A stretch of 62,778 nucleotides of DNA, taken from NCBI GenBank assembly GCA_045643185.1, contig JAZUKH010000265.1:1-62778 (forward strand). Reading direction: 5' to 3'. Shown here one piece after another: positions 34,676 through 42,672 of the stretch. Both the position numbers and the translations under genes were made by a program. This DNA is from Myxococcota bacterium. Its GTDB lineage: Bacteria > Myxococcota_A > Bradymonadia > UBA4248. Each line of letters begins with the position of its first letter. Position 1 is the first letter of the stretch. The notes beneath the pieces are model-generated. The model was given only the letters and a program-made list of their open reading frames with translations, ran no database searches and had not been told where the DNA came from.

Positions 34676-36355
34676 TTAGACGCTGTGGAAGTCGACGATG
34701 ACTTCGGGGACTTTTCCGACTTCATTTTTTATATATTTTAGAGCTTTGTGTCGGATGATTTCGGCCATGTCGCCGTGGTGAGCGGAGCTCGTGATGGTTC
34801 TGAGGAGTTCGGGTTCAAATTCATCGAGCCATCCGGTATTTACGGCAATGCCGCAGCAATGGACGGCGAGTTCTCCGACGAGGTTTTCGTCGGCATCGAG
34901 TGCCCCGTTGATGACGACGACGCCGTTGTGGGCGAGTACTTTCTTTTGTTTAACGATGTCGTTGTCGAGCCCGTCAGCAATTTTTCCGACGACGTAGCGA
35001 CGTGAAGGTTCAAAGCCGTCGTGGATCTCGTGGTGATCCGGGAAGAGACAGATGCACTGGCCTTCCTGTAGGACTTCTGTGACGGTGCGGCTTTCAACTT
35101 TTTTGGCGAGTTTTTCATGTAGGGCGAGTCGTTTGAAGTCGCCGTGAATGGGGATGAAGATCTCTGGGTCGATGAGTTCGATGAGGAGTTCGAGTTCGCG
35201 TTGATTGCCGTGCCCGGAGCTGTGGAGGTGCAATTCGGGGGCGTCGATGATCGTGGCGCCCTGGCGGTAAAAGCCGTTGATGATGGCGCCGACGCGGCGT
35301 TCGTTGCCGGGAATTTGGCGAGCCGAGTAGACGAGCATATCGCCTTCATGGAGTTTGATTTTGGGGTGCAGGCCTTGTGAGATTTTGTAGAGCGATGCGG
35401 CGCGTTCGCCTTGCGAGCCCGAGACGACGACGATGAGGTTGTCGCCTTCTTCCTGGATCTTTTCTTCTGGGACGATCTCGAGGTTGGGCGGCACGACGAG
35501 GTAGTCGAGTTCACGTGCCAGAGCCATGTTTGTGGTCATGGAACGACCACAAATGGCGAGTTTTCGGCCGATGTTGGCTGCGGCATAGATGAGTGACTGC
35601 AGACGGCCGATGTTTGAGGCGAACAGCGTGACGAAGACGCGGCCGTGAGCTTCTTTGAGGCATTTTTGCAGGTCATTGAAGACGTCGAGTTCGCTGGTGA
35701 TGTTCGTGTTGTCGACTTCGACGTTGGTCGAATCGCTGAGGAAGAGTCGCACGCCTTCGTCGCCGAGCGTTTCGAAGCGTCCGAGGTTGGTTTTTGCGCC
35801 AGACATGGGTGTGTTGTCGATGCGCCAGTCACCCGAGTGGATGATTTTGCCACAGGGTGTGTCGAAGGCGAAGGCCAGGCTGCCGGGGATGGAGTGGCAC
35901 ACGTCGATGTATTCGACGGTGACGTCGCCAAACTTGTCTTTGCGTTTTGACGAAACGATGTTGAGGTCGACCGAGCCTTCGAGGTTGTGTTCCTGAAGAC
36001 GTCGTTTGATCATCGCGATCGTGAAGTTGGAGCCGTAGATCGGCAGTTTTTTGTTCAGACCGGCTTTTTTGAGTGCCATGACGAGGTAGGGAATGGCGCC
36101 GACGTGGTCTTCGTGTGCGTGAGTGACGAGCAGTACGTCAGGCGCATCGGCTTCCAGGACGCTAAAGTCTGGCGTGATGAGGTCGACCCCGAGGTCTTCG
36201 TCGGCGGGAAAAAGCACGCCGCAGTCGATCAGTATTTTTTGTTTGGGTGAGCGGATGAGCAGGCAGTTCATGCCAAAGACGCCCGTTCCACCGATCGATA
36301 GGATCTTTACACAAGGTTGCGCGCCGTTCGTCGGCGCGGCATTAAATTCTGTCAT
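34676..36355 (-). CDS. rnj: Ribonuclease J (metallo-beta-lactamase / beta-CASP)
   Basis: 559 aa. HAHEDHVGAIPYL (HxHxDH) is present with a beta-CASP-like middle part. The ATG overlaps the upstream stop (ATGA at 36352-36355). Confidence 0.85.
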   Translation of the reverse strand: MTEFNAAPTNGAQPCVKILSIGGTGVFGMNCLLIRSPKQKILIDCGVLFPADEDLGVDLITPDFSVLEADAPDVLLVTHAHEDHVGAIPYLVMALKKAGLNKKLPIYGSNFTIAMIKRRLQEHNLEGSVDLNIVSSKRKDKFGDVTVEYIDVCHSIPGSLAFAFDTPCGKIIHSGDWRIDNTPMSGAKTNLGRFETLGDEGVRLFLSDSTNVEVDNTNITSELDVFNDLQKCLKEAHGRVFVTLFASNIGRLQSLIYAAANIGRKLAICGRSMTTNMALARELDYLVVPPNLEIVPEEKIQEEGDNLIVVVSGSQGERAASLYKISQGLHPKIKLHEGDMLVYSARQIPGNERRVGAIINGFYRQGATIIDAPELHLHSSGHGNQRELELLIELIDPEIFIPIHGDFKRLALHEKLAKKVESRTVTEVLQEGQCICLFPDHHEIHDGFEPSRRYVVGKIADGLDNDIVKQKKVLAHNGVVVINGALDADENLVGELAVHCCGIAVNTGWLDEFEPELLRTITSSAHHGDMAEIIRHKALKYIKNEVGKVPEVIVDFHSV

Positions 36356-37746
36356 TCATTATCCTTTTTTTCGGTCATTCTGGTCACAATGACCTTATCA
36401 ATTCTAAGTTTGTCCATTTTTTCGACGCGAAAGCGCAGACCAGCGTGTTCAATGGTGTCGCCGGATTTTGCAATGCTTCCGAGTTTTTCCATAAAGAAGC
36501 CGGCGACGGTATCGCTTTCGCATTCAATTTCGTCAATTTGAAACGCTTCACAGAACTCACTGAGGAGTGTGACGCCGTTGACGAGCCAGTCGTTATCTTG
36601 TTTGACGATGTTTTGTTGTGGTTCCGGGTCGAATTCGTCTTCGATATTGCCGACGAGGCGTTCGATGGCGTCTTCGATGGTCAAAATGCCGGAAGTGCCG
36701 CCGTATTCGTCAACGACGACGGCGATGTGTGCGCGTTTGGATTGCAGTGTTTCCAAAACACTTGTGATCGTGGCCGTTTCTGGAATGTTGACCACTTTTC
36801 TGGCCAACGAGGCCAAGGTCGGCATGGTTTTGAGTTCGGTCGAGCGTGTTTTGGCGCCGTCCTGGCTTTTTCGCGTGACGGCTCCGTTTTCTCCACTGGT
36901 CATGTAATTTGGATTGACCTTGTGGAGTGCTGCGACGACGTCTTTGATATGAACGACGCCGAGGATATCATCGAGGTTTTGGCCGTAGATCGGGTAGCGC
37001 GAGTGACCGGATCGCAGGGCATCGACCAGGAAGCTCTCGAGCGAGGCGTCGGCGGGCATGGCCACGACGTTGCCGCGTGGCACCATGATCTCTTTAGCGT
37101 TCAACTCGGTGAAGCTGAAGACGTTGTCGAGCAGCGTGCCTTGTTCTTTGGTGATGGTGCCGTCGTTCGACGAGTGCTGGGCGATGATGCGCAGTTCTTC
37201 GGCGGTCACGCCAGCCGAGTGGTCGCCGCTCACCGGTGTGACGTGAAGTAGCTTCAACAAGCCGTTACTGGCCACGACCAGCAAGAGCATGATCGGGTTG
37301 AACACCGTGTGAAAGATGCGCATAGGGCGAGCGACGAACATCGCTACTTCAAGCGGTTTCGCGATCGCGATGCTTTTTGGCGTGATCTCGCCAATGACGA
37401 TGTGAAGGAACGAAGCAAGGGCGAAGGCAATGGCTGCACTAATGCCGTGTGATAACGTCTCGGATAGCGGTAAGGCGATCCAGTCAAAAAACATCATCAG
37501 GTAGCGGTTGATCGCCGGTTCAACGAGCCAACCTAAACCGAGGCTGGCGATCGTCACACCCAGTTGAACAGCAGATAGATATGAGTCTATCTTTTCCAGG
37601 ATCATTAAAACCTGAGTGGCTGATTTGACGCCGTCATTTTTGAGTCCCTCAAGCTGAGAAACGCGGACGCGTACGAGTGAAAACTCGGCGGCAACAAAAA
37701 ATGCGTTCATCAAAAGAAGGAGAATTACGAGTATTACTTGAATCAT
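36352..37746 (-). CDS. CNNM/TlyC-family membrane protein (DUF21 + CBS pair + CorC_HlyC)
   Basis: 464 aa. The N-terminus is LLLMNAFFVAAEFSLVRVRVSQLE, followed by a CBS region. The C-terminus is TVAGFFMEKLGSIAKSGDTIEHAGLRFRVEKMD. Confidence 0.85.
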   Translation of the reverse strand: MIQVILVILLLLMNAFFVAAEFSLVRVRVSQLEGLKNDGVKSATQVLMILEKIDSYLSAVQLGVTIASLGLGWLVEPAINRYLMMFFDWIALPLSETLSHGISAAIAFALASFLHIVIGEITPKSIAIAKPLEVAMFVARPMRIFHTVFNPIMLLLVVASNGLLKLLHVTPVSGDHSAGVTAEELRIIAQHSSNDGTITKEQGTLLDNVFSFTELNAKEIMVPRGNVVAMPADASLESFLVDALRSGHSRYPIYGQNLDDILGVVHIKDVVAALHKVNPNYMTSGENGAVTRKSQDGAKTRSTELKTMPTLASLARKVVNIPETATITSVLETLQSKRAHIAVVVDEYGGTSGILTIEDAIERLVGNIEDEFDPEPQQNIVKQDNDWLVNGVTLLSEFCEAFQIDEIECESDTVAGFFMEKLGSIAKSGDTIEHAGLRFRVEKMDKLRIDKVIVTRMTEKKDNE

Positions 37747-38417
37747 GACCTATTGCGTGTGACCCCCTGGGGTGGCTTCATATCAAACGCCCTCTCAAAA
37801 AAGGGGCGTGCTATTATTCTAAACTATTATATATGCGCAAGCCTTTTCGACAATTTTGGAGATCGTACACGAAGATTTTTGTTACTGTTCAGCTGGGGGA
37901 CTTTCATTTGTTTCTACATTTATTCCTAAGAGTTGGTTTTTTGGAGCAGGCCTGGGCCTGCGGTGCGCAGGGGGCCGCTAGCGCTCGGCCCCCTTGCATC
38001 CCCCAGCGCTTTTTTGTCGGCCGTGTGGAACTCGCTTCGCTCAAACATGCCACACGGCCGTATCAAATTCAGGAGCAGTTAGGGTGGATCATCGTAAACT
38101 AAATCTTGGAGTCGGCGGTCGCGAACTTGCCTTCGGCTTCGAACAAATCGCGCCCGCTCGCCCAATCTCAGCCTGCTTGCCTTCGGCTTCGCTACGGCTG
38201 AGCTTTTGAATTTCTGATCGGACAATGCTTACTCCGCTAAGTTGTAACAGATTTTTTTCGGATATGGCATTTTTTAATTGATTTAGGCCCCTATATTTCG
38301 GTAGACACGCCCGCCAAAATTTGACTGGCATGTAAATTGCTCGCTTCAGAACAGCTTTTGGTTGCGCCAAAGCCTGTGCGCGCATGAGCCACGGACGTTT
38401 CGCTATGGAGGCATACC

Positions 38418-38621
38418 ATGATTATCCCCGATTATCTCATCATTGATGAAATCAAACGGCGCGAAGAAAAAAAATGGCAGCCTGAGTCCCAACAGATCCC
38501 GCTGTACATTCCAGATTCGCCCGAACCCCAGAATCATGACAATCCTAAATCTGACGATAAACGTCATAAACGCGAGAATGGCGCGATCATATTGAACCTT
38601 CTCGGAGATACGACCATTTAG
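38418..38621 (+). CDS. Hypothetical small charged protein (67 aa)
   Basis: GGAGG lies 7 nt upstream of the ATG, and a strong terminator follows directly downstream. No recognisable motif. Confidence 0.5.
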   Translation: MIIPDYLIIDEIKRREEKKWQPESQQIPLYIPDSPEPQNHDNPKSDDKRHKRENGAIILNLLGDTTI

Positions 38622-38632
38622 TTCGGATTTTT

Positions 38633-38686
38633 GGCGTATCGACCACGGTTTCAGACTTTATGAAATCTGGTTGATACGCCTTTTTT
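38633..38686 (+). terminator. Rho-independent terminator
   Basis: 13-bp stem GGCGTATCGACCA / TGGTTGATACGCC (one G-U pair) followed by T6. Confidence 0.8.
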
Positions 38687-38916
38687 GTGTCTGCACCGCG
38701 TTTGTTTGCCGCGATTAGGTGTGGCGTCGGCGTTTGGAAAGAGGCAATCATGTCTGATTCGGACGTTGTTTGTTGATTGGTTTATGCCTCGAACGATGCT
38801 GCGTTACGCGATTGAATCATTTCTTGAAGCGCAACGACAGGCATATTGAATCGGTTGGCATAATAAAGCAAGGACGTGCCGTCATAGCACGTCCTTACTA
38901 AATTAAGTTATGTGAA

Positions 38917-40332
38917 TTAGTTCTTCATAGCTGCTTCGACGAGGGCGTCTTTGACGCGGCTGAACGGCGTCGCGTTGAGGAGCAGGTTAAGGTTGTCAGG
39001 GTCGGCCAGGCGAGGAATGACGTAATTACCGATCGCGATGGCTGTGTCAGGAGAGGCGTTTTTGATGATCTCAGCCGCATCACTCGCGTAGAGTTTATCG
39101 TTTCCGAGGAGATATTTGACCTGGCTTACGTAAGTACGGTCAAAGACGAACTGCATTTTTGAGTGGATGTCCGAAACGACTCTGGCTCTGTAACGCATAT
39201 CTTTGGGGTGATTCATGATGTCTTGGTAGCCTTCGTTGGCGACGGCGATCAACGCATCGGGGTCATCCACTTCTTTCAGCATGATGTAGGCATTTTCATA
39301 GTCTGCAATGCGTGAAATAAGGTAGAGGGCGACGTCTTTGTCGACGCGGCTGAAGGGCACTTTTTCGAGGATCCTTTTGGCATCAGCAGCCTGGATGTAT
39401 TTGTTTCCGAGGTAGAGCTGGACCTGTTTCAGGACGTTATCGGGGTTGGAGTAGTCAATTTTGCTGCTGATGTCGTTGGCGATGTTCTGGGAAGGAACTG
39501 GTTGCTGAGGGATGGGAGCAGCCATGCCTGGACCCATGGGCGGCATGGGTGCGCCGGGTTTTCCAGCGGCAGGCGGTATGGGTGCCGTGGGTGCACCGGG
39601 TTTTCCAGCGGCAGGCGGTATGGGCGCCGTGGGCATTTTGGGCGGTTCAGGCACGCGAACGAGTTTTTGAACTTTGTTTTTCGCGTTTTTGTTGTTCATC
39701 AGTTTCAGGAATTGATCGGCGTTTTCGGGGTCCGCGAGTTTGGGGGCGAGGTAGGTGCCGACTTTTTCCTGTTGGCTGTTGTTGAGCTGTTTCATGATGC
39801 AGGCAACGTCAGATGACATGACGAGGTCGTCGTCTTTGACGATGCGTTTCGTCTGAACGTATGGGCTGTTGTTCTCTTTATATTTTTTGAGTTGCAGCTG
39901 TCCACAGAGGTCACGGACGACTTTGTCGTGTCCCATGTTGGGACCGTGTCCGTCGTGATGATTATCGTGTTTTGCTTTGTCAGCGAGTTCCTTTTGATAG
40001 TCATCAGCGGCTTTTTGGATCTTTGAACGCGTGTTTTTATCTTTCACGGCATTCAGCATCGTGTCGAGCTTGTTGGGGTTATCGAGGTGCTTTGCGAGGT
40101 AGGTGCCGACCTTTTCCTGACGGTCTTTGCCCTGAACTTTTTTGAGGATGCAGGCTGCGTCTTTAGCGGTGACGGTATCGTTTTTACTGATCTTGCTCGT
40201 GACCTGGTCGTAAACTTTATCGGGCCTGGCAAAATTGATCTGATCGCAGACATCGGCGAATGCCAAAGCTGGCAAACTGGCGAAGCAAAGCGTGGCGAGT
40301 AAAGATGTGATTTGTTTTTTGAGGCTACACAT
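38917..40332 (-). CDS. Secreted protein with four ~90-aa helical repeats (DUF4476-like) and a central Pro-rich linker
   Basis: 471 aa. Signal peptide ends ALAFAD. The modules share the pattern ...SD(A/V)A.I(L/M)K.....EKVGTYLA..L.(D/N)P.N...(L/M)L(N/K).... The DUF4476 assignment is from memory of the family pattern. Confidence 0.6.
   Translation of the reverse strand: MCSLKKQITSLLATLCFASLPALAFADVCDQINFARPDKVYDQVTSKISKNDTVTAKDAACILKKVQGKDRQEKVGTYLAKHLDNPNKLDTMLNAVKDKNTRSKIQKAADDYQKELADKAKHDNHHDGHGPNMGHDKVVRDLCGQLQLKKYKENNSPYVQTKRIVKDDDLVMSSDVACIMKQLNNSQQEKVGTYLAPKLADPENADQFLKLMNNKNAKNKVQKLVRVPEPPKMPTAPIPPAAGKPGAPTAPIPPAAGKPGAPMPPMGPGMAAPIPQQPVPSQNIANDISSKIDYSNPDNVLKQVQLYLGNKYIQAADAKRILEKVPFSRVDKDVALYLISRIADYENAYIMLKEVDDPDALIAVANEGYQDIMNHPKDMRYRARVVSDIHSKMQFVFDRTYVSQVKYLLGNDKLYASDAAEIIKNASPDTAIAIGNYVIPRLADPDNLNLLLNATPFSRVKDALVEAAMKN
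39548..39631 (-). repeat. 42-bp in-frame tandem duplication (x2) encoding PTAPIPPAAGKPGA twice
   Basis: Units 39548-39589 and 39590-39631 differ at about 3 positions. Confidence 0.85.
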
Positions 40333-40615
40333 AGTGAAATCTTCCTATTCAAAAGTCAAAATAAAATCGAGCGCATCCAAGCGCTTTTGAGACTGAAATC
40401 AAAATCTGTGCCAGATTTTATGTCAAAAAAATATCGTTATCAATCAAATTTGATTCTGTAAATATGGGCGCGTAGAGACGTGGGGTTCGCACGTCAACTT
40501 GCAATAGTTGATTGTCGACTCAAAAAAGCGGATAAGGGCTTTTACGCGATGTATTTCTGATCGATCTGTGAGATGAGGGCGTCGCGTTCATTTTTTTGTA
40601 TTAAGGAGTTAAATT

Positions 40616-41266
40616 ATGAGTAACCAGTTTTTGAAATTGTTCGCCATCGTTGGGATGGCTGCTGGTTTGATGTGTGCCTGTTCTGACGACGATAAAGACG
40701 ACAAGGACGGTCAAAAGGCTGAATGTGAAGCCAACCAGATCAAATGCGAAAACGCGATCTCCTACAGTTGTTCGTTGCTTGGTAAATGGGAAAAAGTCGA
40801 AGAATGCGCACTTGGTTGCGATGATCTGAACCAGGCTTGTAAGACTGCTGAGAGTGGTTGCGACGCCGGTTCGGTGCGTTGCAATGGCGATACCGTTGAG
40901 GAATGCAAGTCGAATGCATGGACGAAGAGGGAAACTTGTACCGATGGCTGCGTCAAAGGTTCCTGCCAGGTTCCGGCGGCAGACATTAACCCGGCACGCG
41001 GTATCGATATTGGCGCGCCGTGCGTTGATGCCGATGTCACGTATTGCATGGGCGACTACATGGTCGTTTGCAGCGGTGGAAGCATCAAAGCCAAGTATGT
41101 TAAAGACGGCAAAGTGCAGAAATGTGCAGATCTGAGCAGCGACCTGACGATCTCTTGTGTCAGCACCATGGTGGCGCAGGATCTCTACGAGGGTGGTTGC
41201 AAAATCGATTGTGGCAACGACGTGAAAGTCGATTACGTCGATGCCAACACCAAGTGCAGTGAATAA
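40616..41266 (+). CDS. Cys-rich secreted protein/lipoprotein
   Basis: 216 aa, RBS AAGGAG. Signal peptide is followed by CACSDDDKDDKDG. About 24 Cys. Confidence 0.7.
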   Translation: MSNQFLKLFAIVGMAAGLMCACSDDDKDDKDGQKAECEANQIKCENAISYSCSLLGKWEKVEECALGCDDLNQACKTAESGCDAGSVRCNGDTVEECKSNAWTKRETCTDGCVKGSCQVPAADINPARGIDIGAPCVDADVTYCMGDYMVVCSGGSIKAKYVKDGKVQKCADLSSDLTISCVSTMVAQDLYEGGCKIDCGNDVKVDYVDANTKCSE

Positions 41267-41479
41267 CATTTAGGTTATGTCCCGTCACTCGCTCAAACCG
41301 GCAGGCTTTTCTCCGCGAGAGAAGCTGTCAGCCTGGTGGACTGACGGGCAAAAACTTGTTGTACGCGCTCGGTTCAGTGGCCATTTCGTTGTCGAACATA
41401 AAAACGAATGTCTAACCCCCGTTCGACGCGCAAAATGACGTTCATTCGCCCAAATGGCGTTTAACAAGCGTACAAAAAT

Positions 41480-41516
41480 AAACCCCGTTTGAGGATCGCT
41501 CAAACGGGGTTTTGTG
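41480..41516. terminator. Bidirectional terminator between convergent genes
   Basis: AAACCCCGTTTGAG-gatcg-CTCAAACGGGGTTT, flanked by an A-run upstream and TTTTG downstream. Confidence 0.8.
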
Positions 41517-41532
41517 TCATGACGGAATTAAA

Positions 41533-42342
41533 TTAGAAGCGGATCTGGAAAGAAGCGCTGGTAAGGGAAGCGCTGACTTCAGCTTCGACCTTGTTGCCGT
41601 ATTTGTCGTTCCACTTCATAAGTTTTTTTGCACCCAAACCGGTCATGACGCCGCCAGCGATCGCGACCATGGCACTGGGCAGAACGAAGAATTCGGGGAG
41701 CCACTTCTCGTATTTGGTATTTTTTGAATATTCGTTGGGATCGTAGGTGATCGTGCTGGGGTTATCCTCGGTGGGTTCGCGCCAGGTGTCGTCATCGTAG
41801 GTGGCGGTGTAATAGATTGAGGTGACGAGGCCGCCGACGCCAGCGGCGAGGAGGACGATACCGACACCCAGTTCAGCCTGGTAGAGGGCTTTGTCGTCGC
41901 GTTTCACCGAGATCGAGCTGTAATCGTCGTCATCATCGAATTCTTCTTCGTCGCCATAGATGTTTTCGGCGCTGGTGCCATCGTAAGCGTAATCGGTGGT
42001 GTTATCGGCATAGGCGTCGGCATTTTCATCGGCGACGGCATCGTTGTTTTCGGCATTCTCATCGACGACAGCGTCGTTACCTTCAGCGACGTTTGCGTCT
42101 GCGACCATGCCTTCAGACGAGGCTGCGTTTTCGAGAGTCATGGGCGCGGGGGCGCTGGTGTCTGCCGACGTATCCGTGGAGACGGCCGCGCCGTCCGCCA
42201 CAGCGGCGGTTTCAAGCGTCATGGGTGCAGCAGCGGCTTCGGGCGCAGCTTCGGTCGCCGGAGCGGCTTCCTGTGCCATGAGTTGAGCCGGGAATAAGGC
42301 CAGACTGCAAAAGGCGAGAGTAAGACGACGAGTAAAAGACAT
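41533..42342 (-). CDS. Secreted acidic low-complexity protein with C-terminal hydrophobic segments
   Basis: Trimmed to ATG 42340-42342 with RBS AGGAG, giving MSFTRRLTLAFCSLALFPAQLMAQE. APMTLE(T/N)AA is repeated. D/E/A/N-rich middle part. Ends ...FQIRF. Confidence 0.6.
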   Translation of the reverse strand: MSFTRRLTLAFCSLALFPAQLMAQEAAPATEAAPEAAAAPMTLETAAVADGAAVSTDTSADTSAPAPMTLENAASSEGMVADANVAEGNDAVVDENAENNDAVADENADAYADNTTDYAYDGTSAENIYGDEEEFDDDDDYSSISVKRDDKALYQAELGVGIVLLAAGVGGLVTSIYYTATYDDDTWREPTEDNPSTITYDPNEYSKNTKYEKWLPEFFVLPSAMVAIAGGVMTGLGAKKLMKWNDKYGNKVEAEVSASLTSASFQIRF

Positions 42343-42672
42343 GTGAACTCCTGATATCACTTCGAAAGCATGTTCTTGAGCAATAAAAAATAATCGCGTC
42401 TGACGCCAAAATTTGGGTGAGGCTTTGTGCCTCGTGCCCGTTTTGACGCACGCAACAAACCGGGCCATAAACGTGAGTTTCCTAACCTTATTCAACTCGA
42501 TTGCAAATTTGTCGTAACTATTTTCTGAAAAACGGTTCGCGAAAGGTTTTGTTTTGGCAGCAAAGTAAGCTAAACTTTTTTTCCTTTCGCGCTGAATAGA
42601 AAGAAAAATTGCGTGAAGGGACATCTCACACCAGAAAATGATTCGTTTGGAAGTTTGGAGTCGATCTGTCTC

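Noticed and set aside
34840-35514. 224-aa alternate-frame ORF inside rnj, and plus-strand ORFs 36445..37251 and 35144..35380
   Set aside because: They are Ser/Thr/Ala low-complexity or antisense to genes with clear RNase J and CNNM motifs.
37833-38385. ORFs 37833..38102, 37994..38209 and 38089..38385 in the long gap
   Set aside because: They have no RBS, are low-complexity Arg/Ala/Pro-rich, and overlap strong hairpins and repeat words. The region is treated as non-coding.
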